From assembly GCA_019056785.1 (NCBI GenBank), contig DXJV01000027.1:1-33078 (forward strand): a DNA stretch of 33,078 nucleotides. The letters are read 5' to 3'. A model generated the notes under the pieces. That model ran no database searches, had not been told where the DNA came from, and saw nothing but the letters and a program-made list of their open reading frames with translations. This DNA comes from Candidatus Heimdallarchaeota archaeon. GTDB taxonomy: Archaea; Asgardarchaeota; Heimdallarchaeia; JABLTI01. Of this stretch, positions 16,825 through 25,549 are shown piece after piece. Each line of letters starts with the position of its first letter. The stretch's first letter is position 1. The translations under genes and the position numbers were made by a program.

Positions 16825-17216
16825 TCAGATAGAGGGTGCAAATGCTCTCTTTGATAAGTTATCAAGCCATGCTTCTTCGCAAACTTGATTGCTGGCTCAC
16901 TAAAACTGTTAGAAATCACCAACCCTTTCCGATTTTGAAGGTCGTTAAGAATACGTTCTAGCCGGATTAATCTGTCAACACCCACAGCCCGTTTCCAATT
17001 GATGATCTTTACCAGCACTTCATTTATTTCCAAGTCATCAAAATTAGTTTTAATAGCCATATCGAATTGGTATCGTTTCCCACTTGTTCCAATTAAGGTA
17101 ATTTGTTCTTTGATTTCAAAGCCCATTTCTTTAAAAAATGAATAGGCTAGCTGATACAAGTCATTGCCGTCATCATTATCGGTGGACAAATATACAATGG
17201 ACCTCCTCTGAACCAT
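16821..17216 (-). CDS. restriction-endonuclease-fold (Mrr-like PD-(D/E)xK) protein, probably inactive
   Basis: FF..MGF.I, G.SGKRYQFD, VGVD, GLVISNSFSE.A.KFA...G; the ExK position reads VKII. Confidence 0.7.
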   Translation of the reverse strand: MVQRRSIVYLSTDNDDGNDLYQLAYSFFKEMGFEIKEQITLIGTSGKRYQFDMAIKTNFDDLEINEVLVKIINWKRAVGVDRLIRLERILNDLQNRKGLVISNSFSEPAIKFAKKHGLITYQREHLHPLSD

Positions 17217-17224
17217 AAGGACTT

Positions 17225-18325
17225 TTAATGTACATTCTTTTCTTGCTCTTTTATTTTTTCTTGTGAAATCTTAGCAATTGCCTCTAGTTCTTCTAAATTT
17301 ATCAATCCCATTTTTCTTTTTCCCAGCTCAATCTCATGTATAGCTTTAACTAAAAAGCTATTAATTGGCACTTCCAATTTGCATTCTTTTGCCTTTTTCT
17401 CAATATAACCATTTAGGAAGTCAACCTCAGTTTTCCGTCCTTGTTCAAGGTCCCAAACAAGGGAGGAATGGATCTTTCCATGTCGTTTTGCACCCATTTT
17501 AAGGATAAAAGAACTCATGACAGTATATTTGACTTTCTCTAAGAATTTATCCGCAGGATGAGGTTTATAGAAAAAGGCTTTTACATCCATATGATCTACT
17601 TTCTCTAATTTAATATTAAGAGCATCTGCAACCAAAATCCCTTCTTCTTTTAATGCAGCTAAAAGAGGATGAAGCCGTTTAGTACTAAGCATTTCTCCTA
17701 CACTAAGGTTTAGCAGCCCCCCATAAGAAGCGATGATTGAATTAACAATTAATTTGCTCCAACGATAGCCGACGATATTATCAGTTATGATGGTTGGCTT
17801 CCACAATTGGAGTTTTTGTTGGATGTCTTGTAAACGTGAATCTGTGGTGCTTTTTCTTCCCTCAAACCCCAAGACAAAGTTTCCTGTTTGAGAAGTTATT
17901 CGTACCACTCCAGGTTGCACTTTTGTCGCCCCCCATCCAACAACTCCGGCAACAACCTGCTCTTGTGGGAGGTATTTTGCCATAATCTCGGTATTTCCAA
18001 AGCCATTTTGTAAACTATATACGAGACTTTCCTTTGTCATAACTCTTGAAAGACTTTTACTAACTTCTGCTGTGCTGAGATTTTTTGTAGTTACCAAAAT
18101 ATGGCGGAATTTCTGTTTTAGTTTTTTTATACTCGAGACAATTGGCACTTTTATAGCTTCCTCGGAACCCTCGATCATTATTCCCGCAGATTTTAATTTT
18201 TCATAATGGGGACCTTTTCTATTTACAAAAACAACATCAATGCCCTTTTTGTAGAGAATTGCTCCGGTCGCACCTCCAATTGCCCCTGCACCAACAATAA
18301 GAATATCACCTGTCTCATCAGTCAT
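17225..18325 (-). CDS. panE: 2-dehydropantoate 2-reductase (ketopantoate reductase)
   Basis: GAGAIG, TTK, LQNG, WSKLIVN, SS...DL..GRKTEVDFLNG. Confidence 0.92.
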   Translation of the reverse strand: MTDETGDILIVGAGAIGGATGAILYKKGIDVVFVNRKGPHYEKLKSAGIMIEGSEEAIKVPIVSSIKKLKQKFRHILVTTKNLSTAEVSKSLSRVMTKESLVYSLQNGFGNTEIMAKYLPQEQVVAGVVGWGATKVQPGVVRITSQTGNFVLGFEGRKSTTDSRLQDIQQKLQLWKPTIITDNIVGYRWSKLIVNSIIASYGGLLNLSVGEMLSTKRLHPLLAALKEEGILVADALNIKLEKVDHMDVKAFFYKPHPADKFLEKVKYTVMSSFILKMGAKRHGKIHSSLVWDLEQGRKTEVDFLNGYIEKKAKECKLEVPINSFLVKAIHEIELGKRKMGLINLEELEAIAKISQEKIKEQEKNVH

Positions 18326-18482
18326 TTTTCGTCCTCAAAACAATTTACTAGCAAGTTTTTCAAAACCCATTATTCTTTGAATAGAAAATAATTAATGTCT
18401 CTCTTATTAATTATTATGTTGTTGTTATTGAAAAAGAACTTAAAGGTAATTGTTAATATTTGAATAGAAGAAGGTACAACAA

Positions 18483-19616
18483 ATGACTCAGAATTTCACT
18501 CAAGATTCACAACCAATTGCAAAAAATTTTTTCAAAAAAAAGATAACCTTACAAAATCAGTATTTTGACACAAAAGCGCAGTTGAATCTTCGAATTGCTA
18601 ATAGTAAAGTAATGGCAGCAAATTTTGATGGGGAGTTGGATGTTCTAAAGCTTCTCGAGCCACAGCTAACAAACCGCTCTTGGACAGAAAACTTGCAATT
18701 TCTTGACAACCAATTAAGAGGTCCTTACAGAAAGCACATCTCAATGAACCACATTCTACTTTTAGAAAAACTTGCCAAGATAACAGCACATGTGCCAAAA
18801 CGAGCTATATACCTACGGACAATGAGACTCGAGTTCGAACGAATAGAACAGCACCTTCTTTTTTTAAGTGAGATCGCCCTAAAACTTTCCTTCCCCTTGT
18901 TACAATTACGATTACTTGACTTTAAAGAAAAAACAGCCCGATTAAAATGGCAGCTATTTCCACCCTCGAATAAACCTTTCAATGTCATTGGTGGGGTAGG
19001 TTTTAATCTCAGCCAGCAAATGATTTCTTTTGCAAAAGAACAACTCATACGATTACAAAAGAAAAGCCTTTTTATTTCCCGGCTGTTTAATAGAAACTGG
19101 GTTATAAAGAATCGTCTTAAAGATGTCGGCTTTTTAACTCGAGCAGATGCAAAGAAATACGGGCTTGTGGGCCCCTTGGCTCGAAGCACAGGTATCACAG
19201 ACGACATTCGTGTTTCCGACCCTTATTTGGCGTATCCTGAAATCGATTTTTCATTGCCAGTTTCTGATTTCTGTGACTTATATGGTGAAGTATTGGTTCG
19301 TATTGATGAAATTCAAGAATCATTCAAAATTCTAAGAGAATTGTTGAGAAATCTCCCTGCAGGTGCAATTAAATTAATAGAGGTACCTGAAGAACTTTCT
19401 ATTGGGACAATTTCAAATCGCTTGGAAACACCCTCAGGGGAGCTTTTCTCTTTTATAGTTAATAAAAACAAAGAAATATTATCAGCCCCAAATGTTTATC
19501 AATTCACCTCACCTCTCAAAATAAACCAACAAGGTATTTTACTCAGACTCTCAGGTGAAGTGTTAGAAAATATCAATCTACTTGTAGCAACAATTTCAGA
19601 AGGATGGAGTGATTGA
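18483..19616 (+). CDS. complex I 49-kDa (NuoD) / group 4 [NiFe]-hydrogenase large-subunit homologue lacking Ni-binding cysteines
   Basis: VPKRA.YLR....E.ERI..HL, N.IGGV, A...GLVGPLARSTG...DIR..DPY..Y, VRIDEI.ES, ETPSGE; no CxxC motif. Confidence 0.85.
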   Translation: MTQNFTQDSQPIAKNFFKKKITLQNQYFDTKAQLNLRIANSKVMAANFDGELDVLKLLEPQLTNRSWTENLQFLDNQLRGPYRKHISMNHILLLEKLAKITAHVPKRAIYLRTMRLEFERIEQHLLFLSEIALKLSFPLLQLRLLDFKEKTARLKWQLFPPSNKPFNVIGGVGFNLSQQMISFAKEQLIRLQKKSLFISRLFNRNWVIKNRLKDVGFLTRADAKKYGLVGPLARSTGITDDIRVSDPYLAYPEIDFSLPVSDFCDLYGEVLVRIDEIQESFKILRELLRNLPAGAIKLIEVPEELSIGTISNRLETPSGELFSFIVNKNKEILSAPNVYQFTSPLKINQQGILLRLSGEVLENINLLVATISEGWSD

Positions 19617-20671
19617 GCATGTTTAACATCTGGTTTAACCTTTTTGTCTTTCCAGGCATGGTATTCTTTATTGTTCTTGCAGCAATTTTCGAACACGTTA
19701 ATGGACGGCTAATGGCCCGTTTTTCTTTCCAAGCAAAAGAGCAAGCAATGTTCATTCCTCTAGTAAGCAATTTCAAATTTCTAGTTGCCAAGGAACAAGA
19801 AAAGCACTCGTTTTCGTTTAGAATAATTGTTCAAATTACTTTACTCATTGTCTTATTGGCTCTTCCAATTTTCGGCGCATTTTTCTTACCAATTAATATT
19901 CTCGGTGAATTACCGGCAAAATCTGGAGGTTATGGAAAATATCTGAAAATTTCAGAAGGTGTTATTGGCATTTTCTCTTTTGAAGGAGATGTTCTCTTAG
20001 TATTTGGGGTAATTTTACTCTTTGGCTTTGTTACTTTGCTCCTCCAATTACTCTCTCCTCAAAAATTGCGAAAAAATGCCTTTAAAAGTTACATACAATT
20101 TGCTATCTGGGATATCCCCCTTTTTCTTGCCTTAAGCGGTTTTCTTATCGCAAGAAAATCACTGTCATTAAGTTTATTGGCACATGACATTCGTTTGATC
20201 GTTGATACAAACAAACTCTTTGGATTTCTAATTTTGTTGCCTATGTCAACTTTTATCGCAATATTCTCACTATCCTCAAAGTTTGATCAGCCCTACTTTG
20301 ACCGCTTAGGAACACAAAAAGACCTGTTAATAAATCCCCCCCTTCCTTTTAACTGGCAGTTATTTTTGTGGAATACTGCGATGCGGCTACAAGAAACACT
20401 CCTGGCAGGATTGATTGTTACTCTCTGCCTTGGTGGTCCTCACTTACCAATCCCTGAACCTACTAATGATTATTTTGCCTTAATCGCTTATAGTGGCAAT
20501 TTTGTTGTTAAAACGATGCTTGTAGATGTATTGATAACACTTTTAAGAGCAATTCGCCCGAGGATGCGTTTTGATCAAACTTTGAATTATGTACTGAAGA
20601 TTTCTACACCTTTTAGTTTAGTGTCTCTGATGTTAATTGGATTGTATGTGAGTATTTGGCCCCTTGCATAA
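19613..20671 (+). CDS. NuoH/ND1 (EchB/MbhM/HycD-like) membrane subunit homologue, divergent
   Basis: FPG, R..AR, K...KE, LGG, KT, R...PR.R.DQ; about 8 TM; start overlaps the upstream stop. Confidence 0.82.
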   Translation: MSMFNIWFNLFVFPGMVFFIVLAAIFEHVNGRLMARFSFQAKEQAMFIPLVSNFKFLVAKEQEKHSFSFRIIVQITLLIVLLALPIFGAFFLPINILGELPAKSGGYGKYLKISEGVIGIFSFEGDVLLVFGVILLFGFVTLLLQLLSPQKLRKNAFKSYIQFAIWDIPLFLALSGFLIARKSLSLSLLAHDIRLIVDTNKLFGFLILLPMSTFIAIFSLSSKFDQPYFDRLGTQKDLLINPPLPFNWQLFLWNTAMRLQETLLAGLIVTLCLGGPHLPIPEPTNDYFALIAYSGNFVVKTMLVDVLITLLRAIRPRMRFDQTLNYVLKISTPFSLVSLMLIGLYVSIWPLA

Positions 20672-20738
20672 ATTAAATAGGTTAATAAAACTAAAAGGCT
20701 AGTATCTTTGTAGAAAAAAAATTCGGAGCAAACTCTAA

Positions 20739-21362
20739 ATGTCTGGAGAGCAGTTTCAATTAGCAATGTTCATTTTAGCCCCAATAGTCCTATTGATTGA
20801 TGCGATTCTAGTGACCACGGGAATCTTCCGGAAATTGGTTCGAAAAGAGAAAGAAAATGAAAGCGAACGAGCGCAGCTCTTTTCTATGATCGAGATTATG
20901 GAAAAAATTGGCATAGCCTTTGGAGTACTTACGCTCATCTTGGCAGGCTATTTAGCGATTAACCTTCCAAAGGTAAATGCCAACTGGATTTATGTGTTTA
21001 ATCCCTTTACCATTCTAGTAATGGTTATTGTTGGTTCATTAATGACGCTTCGGATGCTCGAGGATACCCCTATTGTTGCTGCAATTGCCCTTTTGGCGGG
21101 CTTTCTGGGAGCGGGATTAATAGCGCTCTTTTTTGAAGGAGACATTGGTAATAGTAAATGGATTTACGTCGGACTTTTCTTTGGAATAGACCTTGCAGCC
21201 TTTCTTGCTTTACGTTTGCTGACAAAACAAATGGCTATGATTGGTAAAATCCTGAATTGGTTCCCTATAGCGTTAATTGTAAGCTTCACATCCCTTGGGT
21301 GGGGAATTGTTCAAATTGTTTTATTAATTATCCATGGCATACAAATTGCAGGTCTGACTTAA
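20739..21362 (+). CDS. hypothetical integral membrane protein (about 6 TM)
   Basis: Multiple hydrophobic segments; SD GGAG. Confidence 0.75.
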   Translation: MSGEQFQLAMFILAPIVLLIDAILVTTGIFRKLVRKEKENESERAQLFSMIEIMEKIGIAFGVLTLILAGYLAINLPKVNANWIYVFNPFTILVMVIVGSLMTLRMLEDTPIVAAIALLAGFLGAGLIALFFEGDIGNSKWIYVGLFFGIDLAAFLALRLLTKQMAMIGKILNWFPIALIVSFTSLGWGIVQIVLLIIHGIQIAGLT

Positions 21363-21369
21363 GAACAAC

Positions 21370-21410
21370 AAGATGAAAGATCCTTTCATCTTAGCATTTT
21401 TTTCTTTTCT
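21370..21410 (+). terminator. hairpin plus T-tract terminator between convergent genes
   Basis: AAGATGAAAG-atc-CTTTCATCTT perfect 10-bp stem followed by TTTTTTTCTTTTCT. Confidence 0.65.
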
Positions 21411-21460
21411 ACAAAAGTAGAATTGTTAATTATTTATAAAAATAAAAAAAAAGAAGAGAC

Positions 21461-22939
21461 CTAATAGTCTTCCTCATCATCATCTATTGCTTCTTCTTCG
21501 TCCATCTCAGCAATTTCGTCTGCAATATCTTCTCCAGGGCCACCATATTCTTCCTCGAGAGCTAATTCTACCTCATCGGCTTCTTCTACTTCTTCAGTCT
21601 CTTCGAACAAGTCCTCAGGAACTTCCTCTACAAGCTCCTCGGCGTCAGTTTTAAGAGCGATCATAAATCGTCGAGCAAGCAAATCATAGAATTTCGTTAG
21701 TTCGCCTAAATCATTAGCTTCGTAAAATTCACCACGGCCGATTTCTGAAAGACGCTTCAATAGTCTATTATCTGCTTCTCCCAGACCGATGGTATAAAGA
21801 ACTGTATTGGGATAATCACGAGCACACTTGCGAACAATAGGCACCGGGTTAATGCCCAAGCCATTTCCTTTGTTTGGTTGCCCATCTGTCAAGAGAACGA
21901 TCATTGTGGGGTTCATTTTTCCTGTGATGGAATTTGGTTCAAACTTTGTAGTCATTTCATATGCTTGTTGTAAAGCGCCACTCATGAATGTTAAGCCGCC
22001 ACCCTTTGAGCATCGTTTTGAAACATACTCTGCAATAACTTCTAAGCCTGCAGACTTAGCTTTACCAGTGCAGGAAATTACCGGTGTGGGACCATTTGTA
22101 CCATAGTCTACTTCGAAGACATCAACGTCTCCGGCAAAGCTGATGATTGACAACTGCTCACCCCAACCACGGGCAACTTTTTGTGATAAGAACAATAAAG
22201 TCGCCAATGCTGCACCTTTTATTCGTGAGACTTTCTTCTCATCAAATTCATTTAAAAGCATATCCAGATCGCGGCCGCCTTTTAATCCTCGACGAAGTCC
22301 TTCGATGGCAGTCCCCGTTCCTCGGACAACCATATCTTCTTTACTCATAGAACCTGAAACGTCCAAAACAAGAACGGCGTTAAATGACATCTCACTTGCA
22401 GGAACCAATTGTACTTCAATCTCTTTTCCAGAGGGATCAATTACTCCTACCTCATCACCCTCAATTTCAGGGTCGGATTCTAAAAAGCTGATTTTTACAT
22501 GCCCGCAACCTGCATCTGGCCAATCTACCTGTAAATTCCGATAGATAGGGCGATTACGAATCACCGAAGTCATTTCATCGAAATTTTCCATAATATAACT
22601 AATGCATTCTTCTACTGCCTGTCCTTCTAAGGGTTCTATGCCAAATTTCACTCGAGTTATTGCTTCCTTTTTTATGTGGGCTTTCCGCACATTTACCCTG
22701 TCACCATCACTGATATTTGCAGAATCTAAAATACCGTTGTCTACCGCAATTGTATCACTTTCTACTTCATCGTTTTCCAATACTTGCACTGCACAACTAT
22801 CTTCAAACTCATTTATTAGTTGAATGATATCAAAATCATCCACACCTAAACGATTCATATCTCGTTTATTCATATATGCCCGACCATCAATCTCTCCGAC
22901 ATTGATGACCGATAGATCGATTATTTTTTCTACCATCAT
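21461..22939 (-). CDS. Cdc48/p97/VAT N-domain + von Willebrand A (MIDAS) domain + acidic tail fusion protein
   Basis: N-terminal GRAYMN..DM.RLGV...DII / DTIAVD.....ANISDGDRVNVRKA (double-psi barrel); vWA LVLDVSGSM, T, LLTDG, YTIGLG. ATG 22939 or 22936 preferred over TTG 22951. Confidence 0.82.
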   Translation of the reverse strand: MMVEKIIDLSVINVGEIDGRAYMNKRDMNRLGVDDFDIIQLINEFEDSCAVQVLENDEVESDTIAVDNGILDSANISDGDRVNVRKAHIKKEAITRVKFGIEPLEGQAVEECISYIMENFDEMTSVIRNRPIYRNLQVDWPDAGCGHVKISFLESDPEIEGDEVGVIDPSGKEIEVQLVPASEMSFNAVLVLDVSGSMSKEDMVVRGTGTAIEGLRRGLKGGRDLDMLLNEFDEKKVSRIKGAALATLLFLSQKVARGWGEQLSIISFAGDVDVFEVDYGTNGPTPVISCTGKAKSAGLEVIAEYVSKRCSKGGGLTFMSGALQQAYEMTTKFEPNSITGKMNPTMIVLLTDGQPNKGNGLGINPVPIVRKCARDYPNTVLYTIGLGEADNRLLKRLSEIGRGEFYEANDLGELTKFYDLLARRFMIALKTDAEELVEEVPEDLFEETEEVEEADEVELALEEEYGGPGEDIADEIAEMDEEEAIDDDEEDY

Positions 22940-23073
22940 ACATCTATCCAATGATTACATATATTTACATACATACGCTTTTGCTTTTAAAATCTTTGCA
23001 TTTAGCACAAACCCTATGAAAAGAAGAGAAAAGAAATAAAAAGAAGAATGGAAAGGGGGGAGCCCTTAAGCCT

Positions 23074-23565
23074 TTAAGTCAATTTGTATGTAAAATCATA
23101 CATCATGGTATATTCATTAATACCGCTAATATCAGTATAGGTAATTTTGAGTGTGTAATCCTCATTTAATGAAAACAAAAGGTGGGTAGAGTTTTGAACG
23201 GGTGCGCCGCCTCGAGCATAGAAGAACCGCACTTGTAAATATTGCACCTCATTTTTCTGGAAAGAAAAGAGAACGTCACGTTCACCGTAGAGGGTTTGTT
23301 CTCCTAAAACCTCTTTATAGATTTCAACTTTAATGATCTTTCCGGGGGCATAATCACAAGTGGCCCTGAAAATCAAAGATTCGCGATCGGTTGAATTGCC
23401 CCTTATACTCAGGGGTTGAACCATCATATGAACTTCTTTTTTGAATTGTGGTACTACCCCCGCGAAAATAATGAAAATAACTGCGATGACTGATGCGGCT
23501 ACAATAATCCCAATCATTAAAGGGGTCATTGCTTTTCTGTTTTTCAAGATTCGTTTCAGATTCAT
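23074..23565 (-). CDS. archaeal type IV pilin/archaellin-like protein (class III signal peptide)
   Basis: Basic leader LKNRKA followed by MTP and a hydrophobic helix LMIGIIVAASVIAVIFIIF; beta-rich remainder. Confidence 0.7.
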   Translation of the reverse strand: MNLKRILKNRKAMTPLMIGIIVAASVIAVIFIIFAGVVPQFKKEVHMMVQPLSIRGNSTDRESLIFRATCDYAPGKIIKVEIYKEVLGEQTLYGERDVLFSFQKNEVQYLQVRFFYARGGAPVQNSTHLLFSLNEDYTLKITYTDISGINEYTMMYDFTYKLT

Positions 23566-23946
23566 AAAATGCACTTTCCATTCTTTTATTTTTTAGCCTT
23601 GCTGTTTCTTTGTTATTAATATCCCTTAAAAATCTTTCAGCTAATTAATAATTTTTCCTTATAATTGTTAATTGTAAGGAGAAATAAAAACAAAGCAATA
23701 AAAAATTATCCCTTTCTCTTATTTTGGCCTTCTATAAAAAGCCTAAAGATAACTCAATTGAAGAAAGAAAAAATCCGACGAAATTTTCCTCAAAAGAAAC
23801 TTATAAATTTACCAAAACAAAAGAAAAATTCGAAGAGAAATACCTATCGAAAACTTAAATAGGTTCTGTTATAAGGAAATAACCAAGACCCTAAAAGAAA
23901 AAATGGAAAAAAAGGAAAAATCAAAGAACGATATTGGTGAAAATAA

Positions 23947-25005
23947 TTGGCAACCTTCTTTAAAGTAGTAGTCTTAGGTGACGGCGGCATTGGAAAAACA
24001 TCAATCTGTAACTACCTAACTACAGGAGAATTCTTTGGCAGCTATAAGTTATCCATTGGTGCAGACTTCTTTAGTAAAAAACTAGTAGTAGATGGTGAGG
24101 ATGTCACTTTACAAATTTGCGACATTGGTGGACAAGATCAATTTGCTGAGATTAGTAATATTTTTACCAAAGGGGCTCATGGAGCAATCCTTTGTTATGA
24201 TACAACGAGAAGGGACACTCTAGATTCACTTGACAGGTGGCTGTTAAAATTAGATGACCCAAGCATTCCAAAAGTGTTAGTCAGCACAAAAAATGATGTA
24301 GAAGACCTAAAAGAAGTTTTTGATGAAGAAGGACTTCAAGCAGCTCAAAAATATAACATTCCTTTTTACATTCCAACTTCAAGTTTGAAAGGCGTCGGAA
24401 TTACTGAAACATTTGAAGCCATTAGCAGGTTAATGCTGATGCAGAAGAAAGGGTTAGATCTTCCAACAACGCCAACAATGATAGATACTTCTCATCCTCA
24501 AAAACCAGAAGTATTCACTATCTCAACTTCCCAACCACTCTCTGCCCAACCCTTAGGGCTAGGGCGAGTCCCAACAACAAATAAGAACCATATAGAAGCC
24601 CCTCTTGCACCCAAAGCGCCTGTGGTTTTCGATGTGGAAGAAACCCAAGCACCTGAAATTCAAATCCCCACTGTTGAACCCGAAGAAGAGATCAAACCAT
24701 CATTTATGGATCAACCAGCACCCCTCTCGCCGCCCATAGTCATCAACAATCAAGAAAAACCCACCGAAGAACGAAAAGAGCCAATTGCGCCACTTGCAGA
24801 AGAACTTACAGTAGAACCACCTACTGAACCAGAAAAAACGGCAACTCAACCTTTTAGTGCTCTATCTCCTCCAATAACACCACCGACAGATGAAGGTGAG
24901 AAGGTAACTGAAAAAGAACCTGAAGTTAGCAGTGACTTTTCTTTCCTTGAGAGATTGCGACGGGAACGCGAAAAATTAGAGAAAGAAAAAGAGAAACAAC
25001 TCTAA
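23947..25005 (+). CDS. Rab/Ras-like small GTPase with a long Pro/Glu-rich C-terminal extension
   Basis: G1 GDGGIGKTS, SIGADF, G3 DIGGQ, CYD, G4 TKND, G5 TSS; TTG start with SD GGTGA. Confidence 0.92.
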   Translation: MATFFKVVVLGDGGIGKTSICNYLTTGEFFGSYKLSIGADFFSKKLVVDGEDVTLQICDIGGQDQFAEISNIFTKGAHGAILCYDTTRRDTLDSLDRWLLKLDDPSIPKVLVSTKNDVEDLKEVFDEEGLQAAQKYNIPFYIPTSSLKGVGITETFEAISRLMLMQKKGLDLPTTPTMIDTSHPQKPEVFTISTSQPLSAQPLGLGRVPTTNKNHIEAPLAPKAPVVFDVEETQAPEIQIPTVEPEEEIKPSFMDQPAPLSPPIVINNQEKPTEERKEPIAPLAEELTVEPPTEPEKTATQPFSALSPPITPPTDEGEKVTEKEPEVSSDFSFLERLRREREKLEKEKEKQL

Positions 25006-25029
25006 GTTTTCATTAGGAGGAGGAGTATT

Positions 25030-25371
25030 TCAAAGGTCCCAAAGCGATGGGTCTTTTATAAAATCATTTAATTTCTGTTCAATTCGACGATATTGTAAAA
25101 CTAATTTTTTCCCAAATTCTGTTAAAACAGTCTTTCCTCCCCCCCCTTTCCCGCCACGTTCACTGAGAACCACAGGTTGCTCTAATTGTTTGTTGATTTC
25201 ATTAATAAGCTTCCAGCCTTTCCTGAAAGAAATAGCACATTTTTTTGTTGCAGCAGTTAATGAATGGGTTTCATCAATTGCTTCAAGTATTGCTAAGCGA
25301 CCTGGGCCCAAAATAGAATGACCCTTTTTTTCAATCCAAAATTTGATTCTAATTGAAAAGTCATTTGTCAT
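25030..25371 (-). CDS. stand-alone ModE-type winged-helix protein
   Basis: LGPGRLAILEAI....SLTAA....ISFRKGW..I..IN......V...RGG.GGG...LT.FG; no TOBE/Mop domains. Confidence 0.88.
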   Translation of the reverse strand: MTNDFSIRIKFWIEKKGHSILGPGRLAILEAIDETHSLTAATKKCAISFRKGWKLINEINKQLEQPVVLSERGGKGGGGKTVLTEFGKKLVLQYRRIEQKLNDFIKDPSLWDL

Positions 25372-25549
25372 AGGTTGCCACAAGGAAAATAGGAACTTTT
25401 AACATAAGAATTTAATGGCATAACGCATTCTTTGGAACTATTAGCTTTATCGAAACAAAACTTAAAAAGACGGATGTGTTGTAGATTCTAAATTTATCAA
25501 AAGAATTAAAAATAATTACCTAACCTTTAGTAGTGTTGGAGGATCATCA

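Noticed and set aside
15790-17216. Anti-phage defence island (nuclease + restriction-like gene)
   Set aside because: No methylase, ATPase or mobile element is present, the REase motif is degenerate, and the context is housekeeping.
19605-19625. Possible selenocysteine read-through at the end of the hydrogenase-like gene (WSD-TGA-A-C)
   Set aside because: The spacing does not match DPUxxC, the N-terminal CxxC is also gone, and the TGA overlaps the next gene's start as ordinary translational coupling. I recognised no SECIS.
23665-23862. 65-aa Lys-rich ORF in the pilin/GTPase intergenic region
   Set aside because: TTG start, poly-A-driven composition and no motif; most likely non-coding promoter DNA.
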